Of a stretch of 64,000 bases of DNA, positions 9,699-19,023 are shown one piece after another (the stretch's first letter is position 1; each line of letters begins with the position of its first letter). Made by a program: the position numbers and the translations under genes. The DNA is taken from positions 1,698 through 65,697 of the forward strand of contig JALTXX010000004.1 of NCBI GenBank assembly GCA_027046625.1, read 5' to 3'. Source of the stretch: Candidatus Micrarchaeota archaeon. Lineage in GTDB: Archaea; Iainarchaeota; Iainarchaeia; JAADDC01. The notes below the pieces were generated by a model that saw only the letters and a list, made by a program, of their open reading frames with translations, was not told where the DNA came from and made no database searches.

Positions 9699-9982
9699 GC
9701 CAATCGCCTCAGATGAATAGGAGCTATTATGAGTATCTTCTCCTTATCCCCATCCCTTACCTTTACACGGTAGGCAGATCCTTGCATGCCTATTACGGTT
9801 CCTACCCTTCCATTGAAGCGGTGGTGAGGCCTCCCCTCCTGTACACTGGGATGAATGTCTACCACCACCCGGTCACCTTCCTCAAACTTGGCAAGGTATC
9901 TTGTCACGGTGACGGGTGGGGTGTCCCTCCACCGCCTGAGCTTATGCCTCGTCTTTCTGTAGGGTCCCTTGCTCTTCCTCAT
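9695..9982 (-). CDS. rpl21e: 50S ribosomal protein L21e
   Basis: 95 aa basic protein (MRKSKGPYRKTRHKLRR...FEEGDRVVVDIHPSVQEGRPHHRFNGRVGTV...) matching the L21e family. Confidence 0.9.
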   Translation of the reverse strand: MRKSKGPYRKTRHKLRRWRDTPPVTVTRYLAKFEEGDRVVVDIHPSVQEGRPHHRFNGRVGTVIGMQGSAYRVKVRDGDKEKILIIAPIHLRRLA

Positions 9983-10029
9983 GGTAACCCCTTAAAAGTT
10001 AGACGAGGGAAGTCTATTTATAGATTCCC

Positions 10030-10407
10030 ATGTCCTTTGGCATAACCTACGAGATGATCATTACCATATTCATAGTAGTGTTTGGGCTGCTCTTCATTGT
10101 AATGGGGTATAACTTTCTTGCGGTTCCCTTTGTACAGCTTGCATTCCTCTTTGGGCTAATGTTCCTGCTTATAGGATGGGCTAAAAAGGATTATGATACC
10201 TTCTATGGAGGGCTTTTGCTGCTCATCATCCCCGTAATACTGCTATCCGTATTTCCGTCGGTGGGTGTATCAAAAACCCTTGTAGAAGGGGGTCTCCTAT
10301 ATGCAATTATGCCCATCATACTAGGGTTGAACTGGCTATACTCCCTCCATCCTATCGTGTTCGTCATAGTAATAACACTCCTTGCCTATGGGATCATGAG
10401 AAAATAA
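10030..10407 (+). CDS. Small integral membrane protein (hypothetical)
   Basis: 125 aa, four predicted hydrophobic helices. Followed by a GGGGAAGG..CCTTCCCC inverted repeat at about 10411-10432. Confidence 0.45.
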   Translation: MSFGITYEMIITIFIVVFGLLFIVMGYNFLAVPFVQLAFLFGLMFLLIGWAKKDYDTFYGGLLLLIIPVILLSVFPSVGVSKTLVEGGLLYAIMPIILGLNWLYSLHPIVFVIVITLLAYGIMRK

Positions 10408-10490
10408 AAATTGGGGAAGGAAGAGGCCTTCCCCGCCGCTGGGGCTGTGGTATAATATTACAAAATAGGTATTTAAATGTTGGTGGTACC

Positions 10491-10784
10491 ATGAGAATTC
10501 CAAAGATACTCTGGATCCTTGCTCTTGTAATAATCATTTGGTCTGTGCTGAACCCTCCCCAGAGCCAGGAGAAAGAAGAAAAGGTAGCAAAATCTGTAGT
10601 GATCATCTCAAAGAAGCCATACATAGTGGTTTTAGCAAAGAACTATGAGAATCCTGAATTCTATACAGAAGAGGGGAGCTGTAAAATAATAGAACAGAAT
10701 GAAGATAGGTATACACTATCCTGCAAAGGGAAATTCCTCTTCGTAAGGGAAGGAAACGAAGTTATTACGAGAAGGATAGCATAA
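10491..10784 (+). CDS. Small secreted or membrane-anchored protein (hypothetical)
   Basis: 97 aa with an N-terminal signal/transmembrane segment (MRIPKILWILALVIIIWSVL). An upstream GGTGGT Shine-Dalgarno-like motif and an AT-rich box precede it. Confidence 0.45.
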   Translation: MRIPKILWILALVIIIWSVLNPPQSQEKEEKVAKSVVIISKKPYIVVLAKNYENPEFYTEEGSCKIIEQNEDRYTLSCKGKFLFVREGNEVITRRIA

Positions 10785-10824
10785 GCCTTTTAATGGAGGA
10801 GTTCCTTCTAAGGGTGGTGATACC

Positions 10825-11262
10825 ATGAGAGGTATAAGTCCCATTGTGTCCCAGATACTAATGATAGCAATAGCGGTAGCTGCAGCAGTAATACTGTACT
10901 CCATGGTGACAGGGGCTGTATCAAAGCAGCAAGCACAGGTAGAGACAACCCAGTTTGATGCCATAACCATAACAGAGATCGGCGATGTGAATGCCGCAAC
11001 TGCAGACATAAATATCTACGTTACCAACCAGAGCAATCACACAGTAGAGCTGGCTGACGCCTATATAATCAAGGACAACGCAGTGGTATGTGGTCCAGAG
11101 ACGTTGGTAGGTATCACACCAAACACCATAGCTGCGGGAGACACTACCAAAGTAACTGTGGACTTTAACCAGTCTCTATGTACGCTAAACACAGGGCAGC
11201 AGTACTCTATAAAGATTGTTACAAAGAACGGCGCACCAGCAGAGAGACTCTTTACAACATAA
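10825..11262 (+). CDS. Archaeal type IV pilin-like protein (class III signal peptide, Pilin_N/DUF361-type)
   Basis: N-terminus MRGISPIVSQILMIAIAVAAAVILYS matches the archaeal pilin N-terminal consensus (RG|ISPI..., hydrophobic helix). 145 aa. Confidence 0.75.
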   Translation: MRGISPIVSQILMIAIAVAAAVILYSMVTGAVSKQQAQVETTQFDAITITEIGDVNAATADINIYVTNQSNHTVELADAYIIKDNAVVCGPETLVGITPNTIAAGDTTKVTVDFNQSLCTLNTGQQYSIKIVTKNGAPAERLFTT

Positions 11263-11299
11263 AGATACCACCTTCGAAGAGTATCTTTCCTTCCTTTCC

Positions 11300-11308
11300 T
11301 TTTTATAT
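11300..11308 (+). promoter_or_regulatory. Putative TATA box for the oxidoreductase operon
   Basis: TTTTATATATA lies directly upstream of ORF ATG 11311. The spacing suggests a leaderless transcript starting near the in-frame GTG at 11329. Confidence 0.3.
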
Positions 11309-11310
11309 AT

Positions 11311-12927
11311 ATGTTCTCTTCTCCCTCCGTGAGAAGATCTGTTCTCATAGGAGGTCAGGCAGGGCAGGGTGTGGCAAAGGCTGCCGAATTGTTAGGAAAA
11401 ATGTTTGTAAGGCTGGGTTACTATGTATTTAACTACAGGGATTATCCATCCCTCATCAGAGGAGGTCATAATTTCAACGTAATTACATTCTCCGACGAGA
11501 GAATATTCTCCCACGATGAGGACCCACCCATCGTGGTAGCACTAGATAAAAGGACTGTGGACACCCATAAAGCAGAGTTCTACATTACGGGCTCCTTCTA
11601 TACTCCGGACAGGGGCATACAAATAAATACAAACGAGGCTTTAAAACAGGGGATTCCCCCTGTTTCCCAAAACGTTATACTTCTGGGAGCATTGGCAAAA
11701 TATCTAGGCATCCCAAAATCGATAGGAAAGGAGGTTGTGGGGGAGTTGGGTCCTCTGAATGTAAAGGCCTTTGAATTTGGGTATGATAGAAGCGTGGATG
11801 GGGAAAGGGCTGGTAGAATTCCTAGGAAGGGGTTGTACTTCCTAACCGGTAACGAGGCCATTGCCTTGGGAGCTCTTGCTTGGGGTATAGATATGTACAT
11901 TGCCTATCCCATGACACCATCCACCCCCGTTCTTCACTTCCTTGCAAAGAGAAAAGAGGTGGTTACACTTCAATTGGAAAACGAGATAGCAGTAGTAAAT
12001 GCTGCTCTCGGTGCTTCATATGCGGGTGCAAACGTAATGGTGGGAACGAGCGGAGGCGGGTTTGCCCTCATGAACGAGGCCCTCTCCCTGCAAGGAATGA
12101 GTGAGGTTCCTCTCGTTGTGTATCTTGCCCAACGCATGGGACCGTCCACAGGTGTTCCAACGTATACTTCTCAGGGTGACATGCTATACGCACTTCATGC
12201 TGGACATGGTGAATTTCCAAGGGTTGTAGTAGCGCCTGGGGATCCTGCAGAGGCCTTTAGAATGACAATGGAGGCCTTCTATTTAGCCTATAGGTATAGG
12301 GTGCTTAGTATTATTTTGGGGGATAAACATTTGGGAGAGTCTCACTACACCATGCTAAAGGAGGAGTTTAGACCCCTTGTAAGGCCTGAAAGGTTCTATG
12401 TGTTCCCAAAGGATGGCTATAAGAGCTATGAAGACACACCAGATGGGGTATCCCCTATGGCTGTTCCCGGGTCTATACCCTTTACAGTAAGGGCAACGAG
12501 TTATGAACACGACGAGTATGGTATTACCACAGAGGAAGCCCACGAGATAGAGAAGATGGTAGAAAAGAGGCTTAGAAAGGCGGAAACGGTAGAACAGGCC
12601 GTTTCCTCCCTAAAGCCGCTAGATGTATATGGAGAGGGGGAAAAGGTAATACTGAGCTGGGGCTCCACAAAAGGTGCCATCTTGGATGCACTGAAGGGAT
12701 TAAAGGACTGGAAATTCGTAAAAATAAACTATCTAAAACCGTTCCCAAGAAGAGAGGTAATGAATGTGCTGGAGGATGCAAAAAGGATTGTGATAGTGGA
12801 AAATACATCCACAGGTCAAATAGGGAAGTTGCTTGCGATGGAAACAGGTATTATAACAGAGGATAAGATACTAAGGTATGATGCAAGGCCCTTTACGCCA
12901 GAATATATAAGGAGGCGATTAGTATGA
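11311..12927 (+). CDS. 2-oxoacid:ferredoxin oxidoreductase, fused gamma/alpha subunit
   Basis: N-terminal gamma-like IGGQAGQGVAKAAELLG, then an alpha-subunit core. Overlaps the beta-subunit gene by 4 nt. True start may be GTG at 11329. Confidence 0.85.
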   Translation: MFSSPSVRRSVLIGGQAGQGVAKAAELLGKMFVRLGYYVFNYRDYPSLIRGGHNFNVITFSDERIFSHDEDPPIVVALDKRTVDTHKAEFYITGSFYTPDRGIQINTNEALKQGIPPVSQNVILLGALAKYLGIPKSIGKEVVGELGPLNVKAFEFGYDRSVDGERAGRIPRKGLYFLTGNEAIALGALAWGIDMYIAYPMTPSTPVLHFLAKRKEVVTLQLENEIAVVNAALGASYAGANVMVGTSGGGFALMNEALSLQGMSEVPLVVYLAQRMGPSTGVPTYTSQGDMLYALHAGHGEFPRVVVAPGDPAEAFRMTMEAFYLAYRYRVLSIILGDKHLGESHYTMLKEEFRPLVRPERFYVFPKDGYKSYEDTPDGVSPMAVPGSIPFTVRATSYEHDEYGITTEEAHEIEKMVEKRLRKAETVEQAVSSLKPLDVYGEGEKVILSWGSTKGAILDALKGLKDWKFVKINYLKPFPRREVMNVLEDAKRIVIVENTSTGQIGKLLAMETGIITEDKILRYDARPFTPEYIRRRLV

Positions 12928-13796
12928 AGCTGTCCCTCGAAACAAAGGCAGAGAATACCTGGTGCCTTGGATGCGGAGACTTTGGGATACTTACCGCACT
13001 AAAGGAGGCAGTAACCCAGCTGGTAGAGGAAGGATACAAAAAAGAAGAGTTTGTGTTGGTATCTGGGATAGGGTGTCATGGAAAGATCTATGACTATGTG
13101 GATCTAAACGGGTTCTACTCTATACACGGAAGGGTATTACCTACAGCTTTGGGTATACGCATGGCCAATCCAGACCTAAAGGTATTGGGGTTTGCCGGAG
13201 ATGGAGACACCTATGCAGAAGGCATATCCCACTTTATACACGCAGCAAGGTATAACCTCGATGTTACCTTTGTAGTACATAACAATCAGGTGTTTGCTCT
13301 CACTACGGGACAGGCAACGCCCACCACCCAGAAGGGGTTCAAGGGCAAATCCACCCCAGAGGGGAAATGGGATGAACCTCTAAACCCCATCCTGCTAGCA
13401 TTGTCAGCAGGAGCAACCTTTGTGGCAAGAGGATATGCCTACGATGTTAAACACCTCACCTGGCTCATGAAGGAGGGGGTTAAGCACAAAGGGTTTGCAT
13501 TTATAGATGTCATACAACCGTGTGTTACATTTCATAATATTACACCCTATGTGAGGGAGCGAATCTACAAACTGGAGGACACAGACCACGATCCCTCAAA
13601 TTTGGAGGCTGCAATGGAAAAGGCTAGGGAGTGGAACTATGATATGGACCCTAATGCAAAAATACCCATTGGTATATTCTACAGGGCGAAGAAGGAAACT
13701 ATAGAGGAGGGATTCGGAAGAAAGGTACCTTTCTATAGGATGGAGAAGTTACCAAAACCGTGGGAAGAGGTTATTGAAGAAAAGCGGATAGTGTAA
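12924..13796 (+). CDS. 2-oxoacid:ferredoxin oxidoreductase beta subunit (TPP-binding)
   Basis: WCLGCGDFG and GDGDTYAEG thiamine-pyrophosphate motifs, 290 aa, translationally coupled to the alpha subunit. Confidence 0.9.
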   Translation: MKLSLETKAENTWCLGCGDFGILTALKEAVTQLVEEGYKKEEFVLVSGIGCHGKIYDYVDLNGFYSIHGRVLPTALGIRMANPDLKVLGFAGDGDTYAEGISHFIHAARYNLDVTFVVHNNQVFALTTGQATPTTQKGFKGKSTPEGKWDEPLNPILLALSAGATFVARGYAYDVKHLTWLMKEGVKHKGFAFIDVIQPCVTFHNITPYVRERIYKLEDTDHDPSNLEAAMEKAREWNYDMDPNAKIPIGIFYRAKKETIEEGFGRKVPFYRMEKLPKPWEEVIEEKRIV

Positions 13797-15315
13797 TCTC
13801 GAAGGCTGCTACAGGTACTTCTATGTCGAATACTTCCAACACTCTTGGGTGTATCTCCCCCACTATTCCCTCGGGGGTGGAGGCCGTTCTGCCCTCTATG
13901 AAAAGGGGGTGGGAAGAGGGTGTGAGAGACGGTTCTCTGCCAAGCTTCCGATAGAGGAAGAGGAGTGCTTGGGCTGCGGAGGTGTACGTAGAGGAGGGGG
14001 ATGCATACACATAGGCCACCCTTATCTCTCTATGAGGTGTGTACACCTCCCCTACCTCAAAGAGAGACTGTGGATAGGGGAGTGTCTTGTTATGGGAGAG
14101 GGCTCTAAGGAGATGGGGAAGAAGGGAGCTCCTTAGGTGTGAATGGGTAGAAGAAACAGGATTAGATAGCTTTACATACAGGGGAAGTGATAATCTATTG
14201 TATAGCTCTGGATCTGTAAGTGTTAGAGTATTTAATTCTTCGCCTATGGAGCTCATAATATCCCGCACTGCATTTATGAGTTCGGTTTCTTTGTGCAGAG
14301 ATCCCTTCGTATAAAAATCCGGTTGGAGGAGGGGGATTGAGTTGTAGTCTATAGAGGAGAGGAGATCCTCCAATACATCTGATTGAGAGCGTATGTCTCC
14401 TCTGTAAGGTGGGTAGTACACGGTATTCCCCTCTATACGATATCCCATCCTCCTAAGGGGTGTAAGGTCTTCGGTTCCTCCCAGTCTCTTCATATAAGAC
14501 GTGTCCACCTCAAAGGGGCGGAAAGATAGATCTGGATAGGACTTACCATTTATCTTTACTTCATATACCTCTCCGCCTCTCTCTACAAGGGCTGTAACCA
14601 TCACATTAAGGGCTGTTTCCACCCTCCTTGGATCATCACCCGTAACATCAATGAAGATGTTCTTGGTATGTTCATCAATTCTCCCTATGTCATTGGAGTT
14701 AATGATGGGAGGGAAGGTGACCACTCTACCTTTGCTATCCAAGATAATGGGGTATCCCTCCCTTACGAGATGGGCGTACTGTCTACCCTTTTCTGTGTAA
14801 TGAAGGATTTCTTCCAGCGTCATTTCTCGTTCTTCTCCCAGTGGAACAAATGAGATGTTTGGATTACCTTTTTTGTAGGTAAGAGGGAATGATATTTTGT
14901 CTGCATTTGAAGTACCAATAGCGACCCTCTTCCTATTTCTTCCATAGCTCATCATAATCTTCTCCTGAAGCTGAATAATCTGGAACAGCACCTCTTCATC
15001 CATCCGAACATTTTTAACCACAGCAGCCATGATGATGGGTCTGGAGGAGGGCCTCTCGTTCTTTATTTCGTAGGAGGAGGGGCGCACCACATACTCCGGA
15101 TGCTCCGATGTAATATAGGTTCTGACAGCTCTTCCTATGCCTTCCGAGCTCCACAAATCTGGTCTCTCAGAGTCATCTACGGATAGTTCTATTTCTTCTC
15201 CCCACACCTCCAGCTCTGTCTTGAGCATAAACAGGATACTCTCTAAGGTCTCTCTGTCCACATCCCTTCCTATGATGTCCATCAAATCTTCCCTGTTTAC
15301 CCTTATGGTGGGCAT
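13771..15315 (-). CDS. pheT: Phenylalanyl-tRNA synthetase beta subunit (archaeal type)
   Basis: 514 aa, N-terminus MPTIRVNREDLMDIIGRDV, directly downstream of pheS (2-nt gap). Confidence 0.9.
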   Translation of the reverse strand: MPTIRVNREDLMDIIGRDVDRETLESILFMLKTELEVWGEEIELSVDDSERPDLWSSEGIGRAVRTYITSEHPEYVVRPSSYEIKNERPSSRPIIMAAVVKNVRMDEEVLFQIIQLQEKIMMSYGRNRKRVAIGTSNADKISFPLTYKKGNPNISFVPLGEEREMTLEEILHYTEKGRQYAHLVREGYPIILDSKGRVVTFPPIINSNDIGRIDEHTKNIFIDVTGDDPRRVETALNVMVTALVERGGEVYEVKINGKSYPDLSFRPFEVDTSYMKRLGGTEDLTPLRRMGYRIEGNTVYYPPYRGDIRSQSDVLEDLLSSIDYNSIPLLQPDFYTKGSLHKETELINAVRDIMSSIGEELNTLTLTDPELYNRLSLPLYVKLSNPVSSTHSHLRSSLLPHLLRALSHNKTLPYPQSLFEVGEVYTPHREIRVAYVYASPSSTYTSAAQALLFLYRKLGREPSLTPSSHPLFIEGRTASTPEGIVGEIHPRVLEVFDIEVPVAAFEITLSAFLQ

Positions 15316-15316
15316 G

Positions 15317-16714
15317 CTATAACCTCCAAACCTTTGGGATGCTTCTCAATACTGAAAGATCCTCCGTAAAGAGGTGCCTTATGTCATTTATGCCATACCG
15401 TATCATGAAGAATCGCTCCAATCCCAATCCCCATGCTATGACGGGCACCTCTATGTTAAAAGGCCGAAGCAGTTCTTCCCGGAAGATGCCAGCACCACCC
15501 ACCTCTATCCATCCCAGTTCTGGATGTTTGACAAACATCTCTACAGAAGGTTCTGTAAAGGGGAAATAGCCTGATTTGAATCTTACCCTCTCCGTTCCTG
15601 TAAAAACCTTTGCAAACTCCTTTAGGAGGCCAAGGAGGTGAGAAAACGTGAGTTTTTCATCCAGCACTATCCCATCAAGCTGATTGAACTCTGGTAAATG
15701 TTTTGCGTCCACCTGCTCCGGTCTGTAGACCCTTGAAATGGTAAAGTACTTTCCTGGAATTTCTGGGCTCCTCAGGGTTAGAGCAGATAGTACAGTGGCG
15801 TGAGATCGGAGCACGGTTCGCTTCGCCACATTATGGTCCCATTTATAACCCCAAAATCTTTCATGCTCCTCTTTTACCCTTTTATAAAGATCCTCTTCCT
15901 TTACAGGAAGATACTCAGGACTCTCTACCATAAAGGTATCTGCCGCACCCAGGTCTGCCGAGGGGTGGTCCTGCGGTACAAAGAGCACTTCCAGATCCCA
16001 AAAGTGAGGAATAATGGGGGTGTGAGGTTCCATTTCTTTGAAGCCCATGGAGATAAGCTCCCTCCTTATAATATCAAGAAACTCAAGGTAAGGATGCTTT
16101 GATCCAAAAAACTTGTCCGGAACTTCCCTTACATTGTAGGAGGTGAATTTCTTCCCTTTCCAGGATTTATCCCTTAGTATTTGGGGAGTAAGCCGTTCTA
16201 TTGTATCTTCTTCCTCTGCTTCTCTAATCTTTCTAACATATATGCTACTTTCCCTCTTCCTCTCTACCAAACCTCTCTTCCTCAGGTACTCAAGGTATTC
16301 CCCCTCAAGCTGTCTCAGATCCTTTTCCCATGGTAGTTCTTCCCTATAATCAAGGAGTATTGCCTGTCCTTTCTCTATCTTTATAAGACCCTCCTTCTTT
16401 AGTACCCCCAGGGCCGGTTCCAACTCGTCCCCCATAAGCTCTTTTAGTCTTTTCAGAGGAAGGGGACCTTCCCTTAAGAGATCCATAAGTCTCCTCTCGG
16501 GGAGTGGATGGGAAATGTAATACTTTCCTCTCTCTGTCCAGGTCCATACTACTCTGCTTCTCTTCTTAATCTCCACAAACCCCTTTGATCGCAGGCGCTC
16601 CACAAGAGAGGACAAGGTGGATGGGTCCACATCTATTTTCCTCGAAAGCTGATTTAGCTCTACAAAGTGGGTAGGTATATGTTTCAGCACCTCTATCTCC
16701 TGTTTGGTGGGCAC
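15317..16714 (-). CDS. pheS: Phenylalanyl-tRNA synthetase alpha subunit
   Basis: Class II aaRS motifs (FNQLDGIV...GYFPFTEPSVEMFV, GAGIFREELL), 465 aa. Confidence 0.9.
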   Translation of the reverse strand: MPTKQEIEVLKHIPTHFVELNQLSRKIDVDPSTLSSLVERLRSKGFVEIKKRSRVVWTWTERGKYYISHPLPERRLMDLLREGPLPLKRLKELMGDELEPALGVLKKEGLIKIEKGQAILLDYREELPWEKDLRQLEGEYLEYLRKRGLVERKRESSIYVRKIREAEEEDTIERLTPQILRDKSWKGKKFTSYNVREVPDKFFGSKHPYLEFLDIIRRELISMGFKEMEPHTPIIPHFWDLEVLFVPQDHPSADLGAADTFMVESPEYLPVKEEDLYKRVKEEHERFWGYKWDHNVAKRTVLRSHATVLSALTLRSPEIPGKYFTISRVYRPEQVDAKHLPEFNQLDGIVLDEKLTFSHLLGLLKEFAKVFTGTERVRFKSGYFPFTEPSVEMFVKHPELGWIEVGGAGIFREELLRPFNIEVPVIAWGLGLERFFMIRYGINDIRHLFTEDLSVLRSIPKVWRL

Positions 16715-16721
16715 ATAAGGT

Positions 16722-17897
16722 CTATGAGGATAAATGTTTTTTACGCATTACGAAGGGGATGAGAACAGCGGTGGCAACATTGGTAAGGATAATCACAAGG
16801 GATGCCACCTGAAGGTATATCATGGCTGAGGGGAATTCCATAGAGTAGAGGAGCGATGCAACTACAGCCTCGCTCAACCCCCTTGGAATGGATATGAGCA
16901 CAACCTCTTCATCAGGAGGTGATGTCAACCTTATGCCTATGAATCTTGAAAGGAGGGCCGCCACAACGATAAGAACCGAGGATAGATATATGTTAGCCTC
17001 CTCCGGAGGTACAAAGATCACACCAAGGTATACAAAGAAGAAGACGCGGATAAAGAAGGATATCTCATCACTGAAGCGTATGAATTCTCTATTGAGCGCT
17101 GTTTCCTCCCTTATAAATAACATTTTCTTTACAGTCTCTGCATTTCCAAGCACTAGTCCAAATATAAAGGCTGCTATTGCACCTATTCCTCCCATATACT
17201 CCACCAGAGCATACAGAAGGAACATTATGCCCATACTAAGAACGGGGAAGTAGGGCCTCCTCTGGGATTTGAGGAGTACTCCCATCCAGAGTATACCACC
17301 TATAAAGCCTAATACAAGAGAAACGGAAAGAGCACTGACCACGTTGGAAAGTGCTAGCATAGGATCAAGGGGTTGATTTACGAAATCTAGAAGTGTTAGC
17401 ACAAAAAGAAGTGCATACGCATTGGTAAGAGTAGACTCTACATCGAGGATTACCTTCGTCTTTTCTGATATAGGTAATTTTTCCGAGATGGAGGCTACCA
17501 CGGCAGCCGAGGTTCCTCCTAGCATAGCTCCCAAAATCAGGGAGCGTACCGGGTCAAGGCCTAAAATCGTATATCCAACAAGGGAGATAAGAATAGTTGC
17601 AGCAGCATATGATATGGTTCCTAGGACAAAGGCCTGGCCCGATTCTTTAATGGTAGAAACAAGGTCGATATTGAGCCCCGTATCGAATAGTATGATGGCC
17701 ACTGCAATAGATGCCATAAAACCTGCAAAGGAGAGAAACACGTCGGGAGGGAGTATGCCCGTATAATGACCAAGGATCATCCCCAAAAGGATGAGTATAA
17801 GGGAGTCTGGGATAAAACTCCTCCTAGAAAATGCATCTGCAAGAAAACCAACCAGTATAATGGTCCCTACCAGGAGCATAAAATCGGTGGGTGTCAC
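16722..17897 (-). CDS. Na+/H+ exchanger family membrane protein (CPA1-like)
   Basis: 391 aa with about 11 transmembrane helices. N-terminal sodium/hydrogen exchanger-like region (LLGMILGHYTGILPPDVFLSFAGFMASIAVAIILFDTGL). Confidence 0.65.
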   Translation of the reverse strand: MTPTDFMLLVGTIILVGFLADAFSRRSFIPDSLILILLGMILGHYTGILPPDVFLSFAGFMASIAVAIILFDTGLNIDLVSTIKESGQAFVLGTISYAAATILISLVGYTILGLDPVRSLILGAMLGGTSAAVVASISEKLPISEKTKVILDVESTLTNAYALLFVLTLLDFVNQPLDPMLALSNVVSALSVSLVLGFIGGILWMGVLLKSQRRPYFPVLSMGIMFLLYALVEYMGGIGAIAAFIFGLVLGNAETVKKMLFIREETALNREFIRFSDEISFFIRVFFFVYLGVIFVPPEEANIYLSSVLIVVAALLSRFIGIRLTSPPDEEVVLISIPRGLSEAVVASLLYSMEFPSAMIYLQVASLVIILTNVATAVLIPFVMRKKHLSS

Positions 17898-17929
17898 CTA
17901 TACATTAGGCAGGGGGTATTAAAAAGTAG

Positions 17930-18002
17930 CGCCCCGGGGAGGACTCGAACCTCCGACCTCCCGGTTAACAGCCGGGCGCTCTACCAACTGAGCTACCGGG
18001 GC
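17930..18002 (-). tRNA. tRNA-Asn (anticodon GTT)
   Basis: Reverse complement GCCCCGGTAGCTCAGTTGGTAGAGCGCCCGGCTGTTAACCGGGAGGTCGGAGGTTCGAGTCCTCCCCGGGGCG folds as a cloverleaf. 7-bp acceptor, anticodon loop CTGTTAA, T-loop GGTTCGAGTCC. CCA is not encoded. Confidence 0.85.
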
Positions 18003-18041
18003 ATCTTATGTTTGGTTATGTGGAAAAGGTTTTAATGCGTA

Positions 18042-18575
18042 CTACCCCCTGCCAAGGGAGAGAAGGAGGGCGTCAAGCTCTTCAAGGTTCTTCACCGCCA
18101 CTACAGGAGAATCCTCTGGTAGAAAGTGTCTATTAGCATATGGTATAATAACCAGATCCTTCGCCGCCTCTACCTTCTCATATACGTGGGAAACACCCCC
18201 AATGCTTCCATCCTCCCCTATAACGCCAGTTGCAGGAATGGGTTTATTCCCATTTACAAGGGAAAACAGTGCTACGTAGAATGCCACATCTGCGGATCTA
18301 CCATCTATGTATTCAACGGGAGAGGAAAATCTTACTACCACACCAAAGGGTAGAGGGCCATGTCTGCTCTGAAATGCGTTATAAGCTACCTTGGCACTCT
18401 CCAAAACGGAAGGGGCCACATTTGCAGCTTCTACGTAAATGCCCCCATAGGGGATTGTGCACATCTGCGCAGGAATGAGTATGCCCTGTCCCCTATATCC
18501 TAAAAGATAAAAGTCCACACACCCCCCTTGAGGTATAAGGAAATACATGAGTAACAGCACGAGAGGCACCCACAT
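18042..18575 (-). CDS. Lon-like (S16) peptidase-domain protein, secreted
   Basis: Signal-peptide-like start MWVPLVLLLMYF. S16 proteolytic-domain signatures DGRSADVAFYVALFSL (Ser site) and TGVIGEDGSIGGVSHVYEKVEAA (Lys site). The tracked ORF extends 69 codons further into the SRP RNA, so that extension is rejected. Confidence 0.6.
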   Translation of the reverse strand: MWVPLVLLLMYFLIPQGGCVDFYLLGYRGQGILIPAQMCTIPYGGIYVEAANVAPSVLESAKVAYNAFQSRHGPLPFGVVVRFSSPVEYIDGRSADVAFYVALFSLVNGNKPIPATGVIGEDGSIGGVSHVYEKVEAAKDLVIIPYANRHFLPEDSPVVAVKNLEELDALLLSLGRG

Positions 18576-18584
18576 TGTATCACC

Positions 18585-18860
18585 GTATGGCGGGCTGCGG
18601 CGGGTGGACCTACACTCCCTACCCCGCCCCGAAGGGAGTATCTCTGGATGAGGGGAGCCGACCCGATGGACACCGGCTACGGTTGCTCCCTTTCGGGCCT
18701 GGCCGGGTTCACCGGCGCGCCACCGTCCGGCTCCTACCCATCCCTCATGGTACCCCCTTCGGGGGAAGGTAGAGAGCATAGGCCGCCCCGCCGCTTCGGC
18801 CCCGGCGTAAGCGGATTTCCGGTTACAGGGGACCGCTGGCCCCCCGGCCTGCCCGCCACT
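18585..18860 (-). ncRNA. ffs: Signal recognition particle RNA (7S/SRP RNA)
   Basis: About 275-nt GC-rich block in a lower-GC genome. The minus strand contains CCAGGCCCGAAAGGGAGCAACCGUAGCC (helix-8 AGGCCCG-GNRA-GGGAGCA core). Terminal helix GGCGGGC...GCCCGCC pairs the 5' and 3' ends. Confidence 0.7.
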
Positions 18861-18976
18861 AATATTGGGACCCTTCTACACTTAAAGCATATGCTTATAC
18901 ATAACGAGGATTCAAAATATTTTTACTAATTTATTTTTTACAAACTTTTCTACATAACCAATACCGGAACCGCAAC

Positions 18977-18987
18977 TTATATAAATA
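18977..18987 (+). promoter_or_regulatory. Putative TATA box of the ftsZ promoter
   Basis: TTATATAAATA sits about 40 nt upstream of the ftsZ ATG at 19024 within an AT-rich intergenic region. A purine-rich stretch (GATGAGGGGG) lies just before the start. Confidence 0.35.
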
Positions 18988-19023
18988 ACCTTCCCCTCAA
19001 TTCTTCGTTTAGAAAGAAGCCCG

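Noticed and set aside
17766-18035. Plus-strand ORF of 89 aa
   Set aside because: It runs straight through the tRNA-Asn gene (17930..18002) on the opposite strand. The tRNA is the supported feature.
18575-18929. Plus-strand ORFs 18575..18772 and 18648..18929, and the N-terminal 69 codons of minus-strand ORF 18042..18779
   Set aside because: They are translations of the GC-rich SRP RNA gene. Pro/Gly/Arg-rich products are typical of spurious reading through structured RNA.
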